Positions 26,935 to 40,610 of a stretch of DNA of 64,000 bases are shown piece by piece. This DNA comes from Eledone cirrhosa (taxonomy: Eukaryota), in contig OZ024749.1 in assembly GCA_964016885.1 (NCBI GenBank), positions 56,606,001-56,670,000 on the forward strand. The letters run 5' to 3'. The notes beneath the pieces are model-generated. The model made no database searches. It was not told the origin of the DNA and saw only the letters and a list, made by a program, of their open reading frames with translations. A program made the position numbers and the translations under genes. Position 1 is the stretch's first letter; each line of letters opens with the position of its first letter.

Positions 26935-27215
26935 ACAGTTCCCCTTGTGGTCCCGGCCGATAGGACAGAAAAGGACATTGTCCCGAGGGACAGTGAGGTA
27001 AAAGCACTGGGGTAGCCAGCCAGTCCACCTCCTGGGGCTCGTATCTGCTGGTCGACAACTTTGCTTCGATAGCAGAGACTAAGGATGTGGTCCGGGATGG
27101 TGATGGGGGCAAAGATGGCGGAAGTCTCCACTGCTATAGGTTCACCGGAAGTCTCCACTGCTATAGGTTCAATCACAAACCTATAACAGAGCGGCATGCT
27201 CGAATAATTTAGTGG
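26935..27215 (-). mobile_element. decayed C-terminal restriction-like endonuclease region of a CRE-like non-LTR retrotransposon
   Basis: Across frameshifts it translates as Y..YRFV.PIAVETSG / SAIEAKLSTSRYEPQEVDWL / RDN..SVLSAG, resembling the FxPxAVETxG...RGNAxSxL terminus of CRE-clade LINEs; 27-bp internal duplication at 27119-27171. Confidence 0.65.
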
Positions 27216-28454
27216 GACTCCATTATCGGCAAACATCTGGTTCCAATTCCGACCAGATGAATTGAGCCATCAAAAGTCATATCAAAACATCTGTAGTACA
27301 TCTTGTGTTGCCAGCGATTTACAACTAGAATTTGATTAGCTTCCATTTGTATGTCAAGCAATTTGCTTTACGAAACACTCAGCCAATAGACAGAGATTTA
27401 TGATTATATCATTAACTGACTTCTATGTCACTACACGTGTTTATTACTGACAAATCCTAACCACAGATTGAACACCATTAGCTACTAATTTATTGAGAGA
27501 TTATTATTTATGATAACAATATAGACTTTATTGTTGGTGTTGGTAGTGTTGTTGCTAGTGTTAGAGATGGTGATGATGGTGGTAGTGTTAGAGATGGTGA
27601 TGATGGTGGTAGTGTGGTAGTGACAATTGGTAATGTTGGTAGTGATGTAGTTAGTAGTAATGGTGGTAGTTTTGTTTGCGTTAGTAATTCTGTTGCTGGT
27701 AGCGGTGTGGATATTTTTGTGTTGGTGTTGGTAATGTTGTTGATGATTCTGGTGTTGGTGTTGGTGGTTACTTAATGATGGTAATAATGGTGGTGTTGGT
27801 GTTGGTGGTTACTTAATGATGGTAGTGTTGGTGGTTATTTTAGTGATGGTAATAATGGTGGTGTTGGTGGTGTTAGTGGCGGGGATTTTGGAGTTACTGT
27901 TGTTGATGTAGTTAGTGTGGTAATGCTGATAGTAGTGGTGTTGTTGTTAGTGGTAAAGATTTTGGTAATGTTGCTAGTGATGTAGTAAGCGTTGCTGGTT
28001 GTGGTAGTAGTGGTGTTGCTATTGCTGATGATTCTGGTGGTGGTGGTGGTTATGTAAGTGCTGATAATGATGGTATTGGTGGAGTTATTGTTGACTTTTG
28101 TTGACGTATGAAGTTCCGTTAACGACGATTCCACAACATTCAAATATAGTCAAATATAGTTTTTTTTTTATAGTAATTGAAACCTAATGAAAGATGTGGA
28201 TGATATTGACATGAGGTTCTGTGGCCACGTCGAATCTCCCATTGGTCAACGTTATTTTATTTTTACCTGAGTCGTATGTATTTTCGAACGCTGCTCGTTA
28301 ATTCATGTCGAACCGAAGTCAAATGATTTTACTGTCTTACAGACATTGACATGATGTGAGTCTCAGAGACAATCTTAAGAAGGAATCCGACATAAAATAT
28401 TCTTCAGTTCATAGTTCAAAGAAGAAGAAGAATATAACAATATATTATACAATA

Positions 28455-28760
28455 ACGACAACGATGGTGATGTTGACATAGATGATGGTGATGATGGTGG
28501 TGACGATGACATAGATGATGGTGATGATGGTGGTGACGATGATGATGATGGTGGTGGTGGTGGTTGTGACGATGACATAGATGATGGTGATGATGGTGGT
28601 GACGATGACATAGATGATGGTGATGATGATGATGATGATGATGACAATGATGATGATCGTGGTGGTGGTTGTGACGATTATGATGATTATAACAATGATG
28701 ATGACGATGTCGTATATGATGCTGATGATGAGGAGGATTATGACAATGCGGTTGAGTAAT
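28455..28760. repeat. (GAT/GGT)n array with GACATA punctuation
   Basis: Direct reading. Confidence 0.85.
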
Positions 28761-29439
28761 GTAATGGTGGTAGTAAGGGCGATGGTATTTCTTCTAAGAC
28801 CTTAAATACTAAGTAACAGTAGAAGCCAGATCAAATACACAATTATCTAGCTTAGACATTCAATTTCAGTTATCTCACCTTCAGAGGATATAAAGTGATT
28901 CAAATGATAAAATGTAATAATATCTTTCGGCAATATTATTAACGGTTGTAAAGGTCAGTGAAATATTTCAGTGTTAGAACCTACCTCCCTCCCAAATGAT
29001 GTAGTAACAATTCAAAATTTTCCTATTTGTAGACGGTCACCAATAAGCAAAAATGTATGCAGGTTAATCAAACAGTTTCCAGTGATATAGATAGAATTAT
29101 ACTCGAATGATTATAATTCATATTTTATTAGGCCTATGTACCATAGTTACTGAAGTCAATCCATTATCATATTACCGCTAGAAGATTCAACAACGGTTCC
29201 TCTAAGAATGCTGGGTATCAGGTCAAACCATTCTGCTTTTGCCGATCAAATCCGCCAAATTATTAATTACTAAGATGTAGCATATAGGCGGTGAATAGTG
29301 TTAAACAGGGTTACTAATAAACTATATGAGATCCAAGTAGTTCCCAGCAGGATTTACCTTCAGAATACAAAGAGCCGGATCAAATGCCAGAATGCATCTC
29401 GTTCGTGGTCACAAAGGTTTGTGTTATTTATTTCGACAC

Positions 29440-29512
29440 GATTTGTTCTGAGTTTAAACTTCGGCAAGGACACTTTTGCCTTTCATCCTTTCGGGGTCGA
29501 AAAAATAAAGTA
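29440..29512 (+). mobile_element. old SINE fragment
   Basis: TTCTGAGTTTAAA..TTTGCCTTTCATCCTTTCGGGGTCGAAAAAATAAAGTA. Confidence 0.7.
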
Positions 29513-29869
29513 TGCTTCTAGGGAGGTAAATTTGTGGAACAGTTAAGGCGTTGGACGAGATGCATTATGGCATTTCATGCGACTCTTTCTATTCTGACTG
29601 CAAATCTTGATAAGAACTACTCGGGTCATATATTTTATTAGTCACCCTGTTTAGCACTATCACTTGGAAAAAGCACTAAAAATTGGAGGAGGGTACCCTT
29701 TAGTAATGGTTGACAATGAGGGGACACTCGAAAACTACTTTCCAGGGTACAAGCCTGGACAAGGTATTTTGTAGAAGCCCACGCATGCTCTCTCCACAAC
29801 ATCGATGTTAGCCAAAGGAAAAGCAAAGGCTGATACAGGTTGGCATTAGTGTCCTCAAGACACATTTTC

Positions 29870-30000
29870 CCAGGTGAGTGGACTGAAGCAACGAAAAATA
29901 AAATGTTTTGCTCAAGTACAAAACACGTTGTTGATCCCAGGAGTCGAACGTGCGATCTTTTCGTTCATGAGCCAAACACCCTAACCGATAAGCTACGGAC
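29870..30000 (-). mobile_element. old second SINE family fragment (CORE-SINE-like)
   Basis: tRNA-like head on the minus strand (CGTAGCTTATCGGTTAGGGTGTT..GTTCGACTCC) followed by TTGAGCAAAACA..TTGCTTCAGTCCACTCA. Confidence 0.5.
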
Positions 30001-30405
30001 CGAGAAAATAAATTCAGAGATTTACTCTCATAATTTCAGTTACACATATATAACACAAGCCAACGAGAGAACCTCTATGAGGTCTCTCGAACTGCTAGAG
30101 ATAGGAGTCAGTTCTCCTCAAAATTTAGCCCCTTTGTCTTAAGAAAAAATGAGTTACTCTGAGTCAGAAGAAAAAGTCTGGATGTCACATTTGGAATGAC
30201 TTTCAACATTGTTTATCTTCATCATCGCTTATGTGGAGGACAATAACATACGGTTATAGAATGGCATATACACACAGAGACACTCATGGACACACATAGG
30301 CACACACGTGTACATAATTAAACGTACACACACACACACATCACATACATACATACACACATTGAAAATAAAAGTTATAGCCTGAGTTATAAATTCACGA
30401 TATCG

Positions 30406-30446
<41 letters not shown>

Positions 30447-31118
30447 CATGTGTGTATGTGTATCTATATATATGTATATATATATATAATATGTATGACA
30501 TATGTGTACGTATATATATATTTAATGGATATATATATGTAATGTGTGTGTATATATATATGTATATACAGGGTGGTGTGAGATGTGTATACTCATTCAT
30601 CTGTACTGTGAACGTTAAGTATAGATTGTTGCTTATAATTATATACAACGCTTGAGTATTTTCTTAAACCATTTCTATAGAGCTTACCAATTTAAAGGTT
30701 ATTGTAGTTTAGAAATTATAGATTCTATATTAATCTGCATATATTCACGATACATTGCGGAATTACACTGTCATTTCTCAGGTGAAAAAACTTCTTTCAA
30801 AGTATTTATCGGAAATTGTTACCTTTTGACACGTAAATATCAGAGCGACCTGTGAACGGAGTGGAGAGAAGTTTGGAAAAAAGAAAGCTGTTAATAGTAA
30901 AAATAATAATACTAATAACAATCGTAGGAGAGTGATATAGAATAATATTGTTAGATAAAGAGAGGGGCGAGATGTGGTGGTGGTGGGGGGATATGAAAGT
31001 AATAGTGTAATCAAAGTAATAAAATGCAAGCCCTCACATAAACAATATATACGCATATATATATATATATATATATAAGTATATATACTCGTATATATAT
31101 AAGTATATATATATATAA

Positions 31119-31185
<67 letters not shown>

Positions 31186-31281
31186 TATATATATATATAT
31201 ATATATAAGTATATATATATATATATAAGTATATATACACATATATACACACATATGTGTGTGTGTGTATACATATATATG

Positions 31282-31312
<31 letters not shown>

Positions 31313-31542
31313 AACCAGGTACATAAATCTTTTGTGTGTGCGTGTAAGTTTGTATGATTGCATATATATACACCTTTGTGCATGCGTTTCAATAATATTT
31401 TTGAATATATTATAGACGTAGATGTGTCTTACTAACCTGTATATATGAGTGTATATAAAGGCAGACCTCGTATAAATATAACTAACACACGTGTATATAT
31501 ATACATATATACACACATATATATATTATACATATGTATATA

Positions 31543-31622
<80 letters not shown>

Positions 31623-33097
31623 CATACGCACACATACCTATATACATACAAATGTATATATATATATATGTATGTATGTATGTATGGTAATATACACTCA
31701 TGCAGACATGTGATCGTGTGACAGTCTGCTGTATTTGCATTTACATTTACGAGTAGGACCATCAAGTCAGTAATAGCCGCTACCGCCATCCCATATAATA
31801 GGCAGCAGCAATGTTGCTAGAGAATGATGGCCATAAAATGAAAACTAAAAATGAAGAACACCTCATGACCTAAATACCAAACCAAAGAAAAAAAGAATAC
31901 AAAAAATAAATAATAATAAAAAAACAAAAAATACAAAATACAAAAATAAAAAAATACAAAAAAAAAATAATAATGATAATAATAATAATAATGGTGCTGG
32001 TGGTGGTAAGGGGGAAAAAAGAGAAACATAGTGTTGCGGCAAACATACATACGTATATTAAACAGAAAAAAAAAATACCGCCAGGCCATAAATATGGGTG
32101 ATAAATGCGATAGTATGGGTTTCGTGTAAATGAGACTGTGAAATTTGTTGCTCGCTGAATGGAGACCGGTAACGCAAAAAGCAGGAATATATAATAATAA
32201 TAAAAAATAAAACGAAACGAAACGAAACGAAAAACAAACTAAACATAAATACAAAAAACAAAATGTGCTCGACAAGACTAGGTGAGGAAAATGACAGTTA
32301 TTATCTCGATGAATACGTCAAATATATATTGACCATATAATGATGTCGCTGAACCTGTCAATCAAAGGGGCTTAACTCTACTCGTAATTTACATGTACTT
32401 ATTTTATATTCTGATTATATATATATTAATGTATGTATATGTATATATGAATGAATATATATATATATATATGAATGTATGTATGTGTATATATATATAT
32501 TTATATATATATATATGCATATACATAGGTATGTACTTGTGTATATATGTACACACACACACACATATATATATGCGCGCATATGTGCGTATTTTTGGTC
32601 TTCCATAGTCTCAACTAGGCGTTGGCTTAATATGAGTGGACACATGCCTACACCAATATATATATATATATATATATAGGTATATATGCATATGCATATA
32701 TAGGTGTATAATTTATATATAATTGCTTATACTTTCATCTGATTAGGTATATAATGTGTGGGTATGTGTATATATGTATGTTGTTGTTTCTGAGTTTCAT
32801 TTGTGAGGTATGTGATTTAGTCTGAGATTCTGAGACCCTCAGTTCAGACCAATACGAGGCTAAAAAGATCATCGGCTGGAACTCTCATAGTCTCACCAAA
32901 ATACCTTCATTGAATGACTAAATGAGGTTTTTATTTAACATAGGAAAGGAACAATGCAGTTATTAAGAAGAGGTGAAATTAATGCATGAAAGATTTCACA
33001 GCTCTCGCATCACTACTTCATAGTCAGCCTATGAACCTTTCAGCCGACCCTCGTACATTTCCAAATGCTGAAAGAAAGCCAGCTATTTGAAGACCAG

Positions 33098-33204
33098 AGG
33101 CAGTGAATTGTCAGAGTCGTTAGAACGTCTGATAGAATGTTTTGCAGTCTTCGTTTCCGATCTCTGTTGTCTGAGTTCAAATCCCACTGAGGTCAACTTT
33201 GCCA
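33098..33204 (+). mobile_element. old SINE 5' half
   Basis: GGCAGTGAATTGTCAGAGTCGTTAGA...GAGTTCAAATCCCACTGAGGTCAACTTTGCC. Confidence 0.75.
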
Positions 33205-33753
33205 GAATGGACATATTGTGTCATAAGAATACACCAGGAGTTGTGACCGCGAGATAGAATCAGCAATGCAAATACCAATGGAAACATTGTTTCCTAGGTT
33301 CGAATTGACGAGTTCCACCTCACTCAGTAACCAAGTCAGGTGTGACATCTTGTTGATTTATTAAACAATATACAGCCCTTCAACTGTGGCCAGACATAAA
33401 GTATAAGTACCTCTACCAGAAGTAATTTTAATAAAATAATTACATATCTTGGAATAACTGTACTTTAAATAGCTTTGTATAGTCTTCCACCAAAACGTAT
33501 ATTTTACTGAAGAGAAAGTGAAGACTAAAGACAAAAGAACATGTAAAGACAGCCATAGAACTCATGGTGTGCTGTGTACTTCTGTCTACTGTTATTGTTA
33601 TTATTAGTAGTATTATTATTCAATAGAATATGTACTAAATTGATAATCTCATTCAACTATGAGGGTATTATTCCCTCAAGTCATTCCATATTGTTAAGAG
33701 TTCTCTTCATTAATACATACATACATACATACATACATACATACATACATACA

Positions 33754-33785
<32 letters not shown>

Positions 33786-34109
33786 CATACATACATATAC
33801 ATATACATATATATATTATATTTATATATATATATGGATGCATACATACATATGTATATTGTTTGGCAAATCATATTTTTTCCTCTCCCATTTTTTTCAT
33901 TATGGCGACATCAACAGAAAATTTTTATCCATTTTAGTTTGGTTATTTTCACTGAATTCTTGCTGTTCTTGATTTCGTATTTGTTGTGATTGTCATTATT
34001 GTTGTTGATGTTTTTTGCAATGTATTTTTTTATGGTGTTTTGGTCAATTTTCCTTCCTTTTTTTTTGTATGAATTCATTTTTATTTAGTGAGGAGTGTTT
34101 GTCATGCAG

Positions 34110-34950
34110 TTGAGGTTCCTTGGGAGTTCTTCGTTTGGAGGGAATTGTATTGATGATGGTGGTGGATATGTCTGTAGTAGAGGGAGTTATGGTTGTGGTG
34201 GTTGTAGTTGTAGTGGTAGTTGTGGCGGTTGATGTTGTAGTGGCGGCTATAGTTGTGGTTCCTCGGGAGTTCTGGGTTTGGAGGGAATTGTATTGATGAT
34301 GGTGGTGAGTATGTCTGTAGTAGAGGGAGTTGTGGTTGTGGTGGTTGTAGTGGTTGTGGTGGTTGTAGTGGTAGTGGTGGTTGTAGTGGTACTGGTGGTT
34401 ATTGTTGTGGTGGTTGTAGTGGTAGTGGCGGCTATAGTTGTGGCGGTTGTAGTTGTAGTGGTAGTGGTAGTGATTGTGGTTGTAATGGTAGTTATAGTTG
34501 TGGCGATGGTTGTTGTAGTAGCGGCTATAGTTGTGGCGGTTGTGGTTGTAGTGGTAGTGGTAGTGATTGTGGTTGTAATGGTAGTTATAGTTGTGGCGAT
34601 GGTTGTTGTAGTGGCGGCTATAGTTGTGGCGGTTGTGGTTGTAGTGGTAGTGGTAGTGATTGTGGTTGTAATGGTAGTTATAGTTGTGGCGATGGTTGTT
34701 GTAGTAGCGGCTATAGCTGTGGCGGTTGTGGTTGTAGTGGTAGTGTTATTCATTGTGGTATTAGAAGCAGTGTTTCTGGTAATAGTGGTTTAGCTAGTGG
34801 ATGGATGATTGAGCTAGTTGGTATTGTTTATGGAGGTTGTGGTGGTTGTGGTGGTTGTTGTGGTTGTGGTGGCTGTGGTGGTTGTGGTGGCTGTGGTGGT
34901 TGTGGTGGCTGTGGTGGTTGTGGTGGCTGTGGTGGTTGTGGTGGCTGTAG
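34110..34950. repeat. GT-rich compound array: about 143-bp duplication, then about 3 x 93-bp units, then 18-bp units
   Basis: GGTTCCT(T/C)GGGAGTTCT..GGAGGGAATTGTATTGATGATGG occurs twice; 31-aa period in the read-through ORFs. Confidence 0.85.
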
Positions 34951-35109
34951 CTGATTGTAGTGGTTTTCGTGGTTTTGGTCATATTGACACTCAGTGTTTC
35001 TTTTGGCATTTTAAAACCTGTCGGAGCCCGTCCCCACTCCAGGTCTGAATACAGCAGATGTCTTCCAGAGAATGATAGAGTGAGAAAGAATGGAAGTGAG
35101 AAAGAGATA

Positions 35110-35285
35110 TAGAGGGATAATCGAAGCCAGTACTAGATGACTGGGTTTTTTTTTATCGACATCGAAAGGATAAAAGATAAAGTTGACCTCGGCGGGATTT
35201 GAAACCATCGAGCAGAGAGCTGGAACAAATACGACAAAGGACTCTTCCTGTCATTCTAATGACTACCAATTCACCAACCTCGATG
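35110..35285 (-). mobile_element. old SINE copy
   Basis: TTTATCGAC..AAGGAT.AAAG..AAAGTTGACCTCGGCGGGATTTGAA. Confidence 0.7.
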
Positions 35286-35645
35286 CGTTGACTAGCTTCT
35301 TTAAAACTCTTCTCCAGGAGGTACACATCCCCTGTGTAAGTAGACAGCATACAGCACAATTAAATTAACTTACACTACTGAACTAAATATCTTCCAATGA
35401 GTTTAGCTTGAAGCAAGTTAAGTTTCTGTTAAGCTAATGTAGGTTTGGCTGCTATTTCTAGCAACCGGAACGACCAGAAATCTGTCACGCGTTGACTAGC
35501 TCCTTTTAAAACCTATTTCTCCAGGAGGTACATATCTGTGTAAGTAGACGGCATACAACACAATTAAATTAACTCGTGTTTCTTTTATCTTACATTACTA
35601 AACTCCCTCTTCTCGAGAGTTTAGCTTGCAGGAGCTTCTGTTAAA
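35285..35645. repeat. diverged tandem duplication of unique sequence, about 205-bp period
   Basis: GCGTTGACTAGCT..TCCAGGAGGTACA..CTGTGTAAGTAGAC..CACAATTAAATTAACT at about 35285 and 35490. Confidence 0.8.
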
Positions 35646-36139
35646 CTGACATGGAAACGACATCTTGGTTGGTGTTCCACTGGTGTTAATTTATAGATTC
35701 TCCCGGGGAATGAAATGTTTGAAATTAAATAATTTAGATAGGGGAGGGGGAGAGGGGGGAGAGAGAGAGGGGAAAGAGAGGGGGGAGAGAGAGAGAGGGA
35801 TGGAGAGAGGGGAGAGAGGAGGGGAGAGAGGGATGGAGAGAGGGATGGAGAGAGGGGAGAGAGAGGGATGGAGAGAGGGGGATGGAGAGAGGGGGATGGA
35901 GAGAGGGGGATGGAGAGAGGGGGATGGAGAGAGGGGGAGAGAGAGAGGGAAACTGAAGAAAATTGGTAAAGTGCAAAGGAAACAAATCTGCAAGAAATAT
36001 CCTGAAGTGAGAGTAAAATGCGAGGAAAGGAGGAAAAGACATTTCTATGTCGACGAATTCTGGAAAACTAGAGAGGAATTGGCAGAGATAATACATTACA
36101 TTCCTACCATAAACCAGACAGACCAGACACAACACCAAC

Positions 36140-36233
36140 AGCCAATAACTTTTGGGGAGGGGAAAGTCAATTAAATCGATCCCAGTGTATTACTGGTACT
36201 TTATTCTACCGATCCCCGTATGAATGAAAGGCA
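36140..36233 (-). mobile_element. SINE fragment, long variant
   Basis: GGGGAGGGGAAAGTCAATTAAATCGA..TTACTGGTACTTTATT..ATGAAAGGCAA. Confidence 0.75.
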
Positions 36234-37769
36234 ATACATTAATTTCAACTCTTCTTATCAATAATTGCAGTTTCTTTCCAGGAACTATGTTGAAAATTAA
36301 ACCTCATTTGGTCATTCCATGAGAGTATCTTGGTCAGTCTATGAACTTTTCAGCCCAAACTTCTATATTAGTAATTCCTTCGATTTCGTATGAACTAATA
36401 CCGCATTGATATATAGCCCCACCGCACTACCAATGCCCCCCCCCCCCCACACACACACATCGTTTGATTGTCACTGTACACATGAAGTCGTTTGTGTCTC
36501 GGAGTGACCTAAGTCCAATATAACGATTAAGTCCTGAATAAAATCTCGGTGTCAATCTCTCAAATCCTTCCAGAGAAAGTCAACTATACGGATGTCCCTT
36601 AATTGAAATCGAACACCGAATATAGAGAAGAACACAGCACCTCTCTACCCGCCACACACCACACCACACCACAGCACCTCTCTACCCGCCACACACCACA
36701 CCACACCACACTCTCCTCCTCCTTCTCCTCATCATTCGAAAGGATTAAATGTTGCGCCATAACGTTATCCCTATATGCCAGATCGGATTTTATAGACTAA
36801 TTAATTCAATATAATGATTAAAGGATTCCACTTGGCGCAATTTCTAACTGTAAGTTGATTTATTTTTCGCCTTACTTATGGACACAGCTTCAATATATTG
36901 TGAGAGCTGGAACTGATAATTTGTGAGGTGGTAATCCAAACAGATATAATGACACACATCACTAACACCTGCTTTGTTTGCTGTTAATGTTGTTATCGTA
37001 ATGAGCTTGGCCATCATGTTTATCTTCTTGTACAGTGGTGGCAGTAGGGGGAAGTATTAAAGGGGGGGGGGGGGGCACGGCCATCATCATCATCAGTGTC
37101 ATCATCTAAATCATCATCATCATCATCATCATTAACATCGAAAGTCGTAATTATTATCATCGTCATTATCTTCCCCGTCACCACACACATGTTCATCATC
37201 ATCGTCATCATCGTCTTTTTCATCATCATCATCATTATCATGATCATCACGATCCTCACCTTGATGATGACGATTTGTGGATCACAAACATCATCATATC
37301 ATCATCATCATCGTCATCATCATCGTCATTCACATGTCTTCCTTCTTTCTCCAGTACCACCACCACCAGCACTACCAGCACTACCATAACCGCCACCACC
37401 ACCACCACCACCACAACCACCGACACCACCCTCTCAGATCTGCGCATATTGTTGTTGTTGTTGTATATTGTTGTTGTTCTATATTGTTGTTGTTGTTGTT
37501 CTATATTGTTGTTGCTGTTAACAACCAAGAGAAGATTTATCTTATTCAAACTGTTAAATTTCCAAAACTAGCTCTTATGTTTTCACACACACACACACAC
37601 ACAGACACACACACACACAGACACACACACACACAGACACACACAGACACACACACACACACACAGACACACACACACAGACACAACAATTATCATATCG
37701 CTGTGTGTAAGTAGAAACATATGTATATTATATCATATATATCTACAAGAATATGTGAAGTGGAGGATG

Positions 37770-38195
37770 TTGTGGTGATGGTGGTAGTGGTGGTAGTAGT
37801 GGTGGTGGTAGTAGTGGTGATGGTGGTAGTGGTGATAGTAGTAGTTGTGGTGGTGGTAGTGGTGGTAGTAGTGGTCGTGGTAGTAGTGGTCGTGGTAGTA
37901 GTGGTGGTAGTGGTGGTAGTAGTAGTGGTAGTAGTGGTGGTAGTAGTGGTGGTGGTAGTAGTAGTAGTGGTGGTGGTGGTGGTAGTGGTGGTGGTAGTAG
38001 TGGTGGTGGTAGTAGTGGTGGTAGTAGTGGTAGTGGTGGTAGTAGTGGTGGCGGTGGTAGTAGTGGTGGCGGTGGTAGTAGTGGTGGTGGTGGTAGTAGT
38101 GGTGGTAGTAGTGGTGGTAGTAGTGGTGGTAGTAGTAGTGGTGGTGGTGGTAGTAGTGGTGGTGGATGTTGTAATAGAGATAGTAGTGGTGGTGG
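37770..38195. repeat. (GTG/GTA)n triplet array
   Basis: Direct reading; poly-Val ORF artefact. Confidence 0.9.
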
Positions 38196-39569
38196 GAGAA
38201 GACAGAAGGAATATTAACTCTCACTCACCCCACCATGTTCACCCACACGCAACCTCCCTCCACCTCACCACCCAACACATATACATGATTTATGGCGGCC
38301 TTTTTCAAGAAGAGATACAGCTATGTATGTTATTACTTTCTTTGGTTGCTTACATAAAATGTATATCATTTTAGAATACTTCAAATGATGGAACCACATT
38401 CTCTGTCTGTCTTGGAATGACCTCACAATGTCTCGGAATTTTGGCCGATGGTTAGTATTTCTTGGCTTACAACCACTGGTGTTGCTTTTACTCCTAGCAC
38501 AAAGTACTTGACACGATTTCTTTCTTATCTTATGCCCTCTCCACCGAAATATACCACCCAGACACCGTAATAATATAATTCCCATTAAAAATACTACAGG
38601 AGTACATAACTGTATGATATGTTATGGTCTACATCTTCTTCTGCTGTTTATAAAGAAACTATTGAAAGAAGAACACCATTGTTTCTTAAACTAGATGAGG
38701 TGAAGTCCTGTAAATAAGTGGTGAAGAAAGATAAAATATACCTTTTAGGGCTTCCACTGTTACTAGCTGATTGGTTTTAGTGTTAACTGGGCCGACTCTG
38801 TTTAATATCTATCCATCTAGCTCTCTCTCTATATATATATATGTGGGGTATGTATGTGTGCATGTGTATGTATATATAAATATATTATATATAGATATAT
38901 ACATACATATAGAAAAAACGAGGAAGTTTCGTTTACATATACGTACACACACATACATATATATATAGTATAAAAAAACGAAAAATCAGTGATGCATCTG
39001 GACTCAGTTTATTGCGTGTTACAATTGTTTCGCCGGCAGGTAGCTCGAGACATGATTACTGTATGGACCTGGCTGATTCTACGGCTGCAGGTTCCTTCGG
39101 ACACAGGCAATTCGTTCGGAGCAAATTTTCTCATATATATATATATGTATGTATCTGTGTACTTGTGTGTCTGTGCATGTGTGTTTGTTTGTGTGGGCGT
39201 ATATAAAAAAAAAAATATATATACATAAAATTGAAAATAACACTTGACGTAAACTATGTTGAAGTTAGATAACCAAAAGAAATGGTGAAATAAATATGTA
39301 ATATATTTCACTATTTTTCTTGCCTTCGTCTTTACATTAAGAATAGTATTCAGTATGGAGAAAACAATATTGAAATATCTATAGCTTCGGTAAATGTCAG
39401 CTTCAAGGTAAACTACATCTTTATCAATCACACCCACTCGAGCCTACTTACATTTGTCGTCTGCCACTATTCAATAAAATAATAATTTAGTTCTTAATAT
39501 ATTTTCACTAAATCTAGTTTTATTTTAGTTTTAACTACGAAGAATTAATTTTATCATATATTTGTTTAA

Positions 39570-39890
39570 GTTTTCATCCATACGGAAGTCGATAAAATAA
39601 GTACCAGTAACGTAGTAGGGTCGAGTTAATCGATTTTATCCCCTCCTAACATTGTTGGCCTTGTGCCTAAATCAGAAACCATTATTTAATTATTTAGGGC
39701 GGTGGATTGGCAGTATCGGTAGAGCGTTGGACAACATGCATCGTGGCATTGAGTTACACCTCTTTACGTTCTGAGTTCAAATCCCGCCGAGGTTAACTTT
39801 GCCTTTCATCCTTACGGGGTCGATAAAATAAAGTACCAGTAATGCACTGGGGTAATTGCTGGCCTTGTGCCATAAGTAGAAACAATTATT
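39570..39890 (+). mobile_element. tandem SINEs: truncated long copy (39570-39688) plus full short copy (39696-39890)
   Basis: The second copy is close to the in-window consensus from head to tail. Confidence 0.9.
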
Positions 39891-40549
39891 TAATTATGTA
39901 AGGGCAGTGCATTGACAGAACCAGCAGAACCCTGAACTCCATGCTTAGTGGTGGAGAAGAAGAAGAAGAAGAAGAAGAAGAAGAAGAAGAAGAAGAAGAA
40001 GAAGAAGAAGCAATTATCACTCTCCAAATAGATACATCTAACGGTGTGTTAAAAGATGCTTCTTAAATGTTGTGGAGTCTATTAAACATGTCCAGATGTA
40101 ACTCCACCCAACGTGAATCTGTGGTTGTATTGTTTCTGAATTCACGTTTTAGATGTGTATGTATGTATATATATATATGTGTGTGTATATATATATGTGT
40201 GTGTATATATATATATATATATGTATGTATCAATTCAGTAGCTCGTTTGTCGTCGTCCAGTGTTTTCATCCGTCTTTGATAGGTAACAGTTCTAAAGTCT
40301 ACTGTTTAAAGTATGTAGTGTAGATCAACTAATACTGCAATCTAGGCTGCACTGAATGTCTTCTACATATGGCGTATTGCAATATCGTACTGGCATGTGT
40401 TAATTCTCTTTAGCAAACTATATAAATATACATACATGAATTGGGAAGGGATTCCAAACAAACTAAAATGCCAGATGCTACGAGAGAATTATATAACTGG
40501 ATAGAAGAAAAGAGTATATTACGTGATATATATATATATACATATATAT

Positions 40550-40610
<61 letters not shown>

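Noticed and set aside
34247-34954. Cys/Gly-rich keratin-associated-like ORF and Thr-rich mucin-like ORF
   Set aside because: Several frames are open because of triplet-derived repeats; no frame preference or recognisable domain.
39040-39135. GC-richer patch with AG/GT sites, possible small exon
   Set aside because: Weak splice signals and no recognisable peptide.
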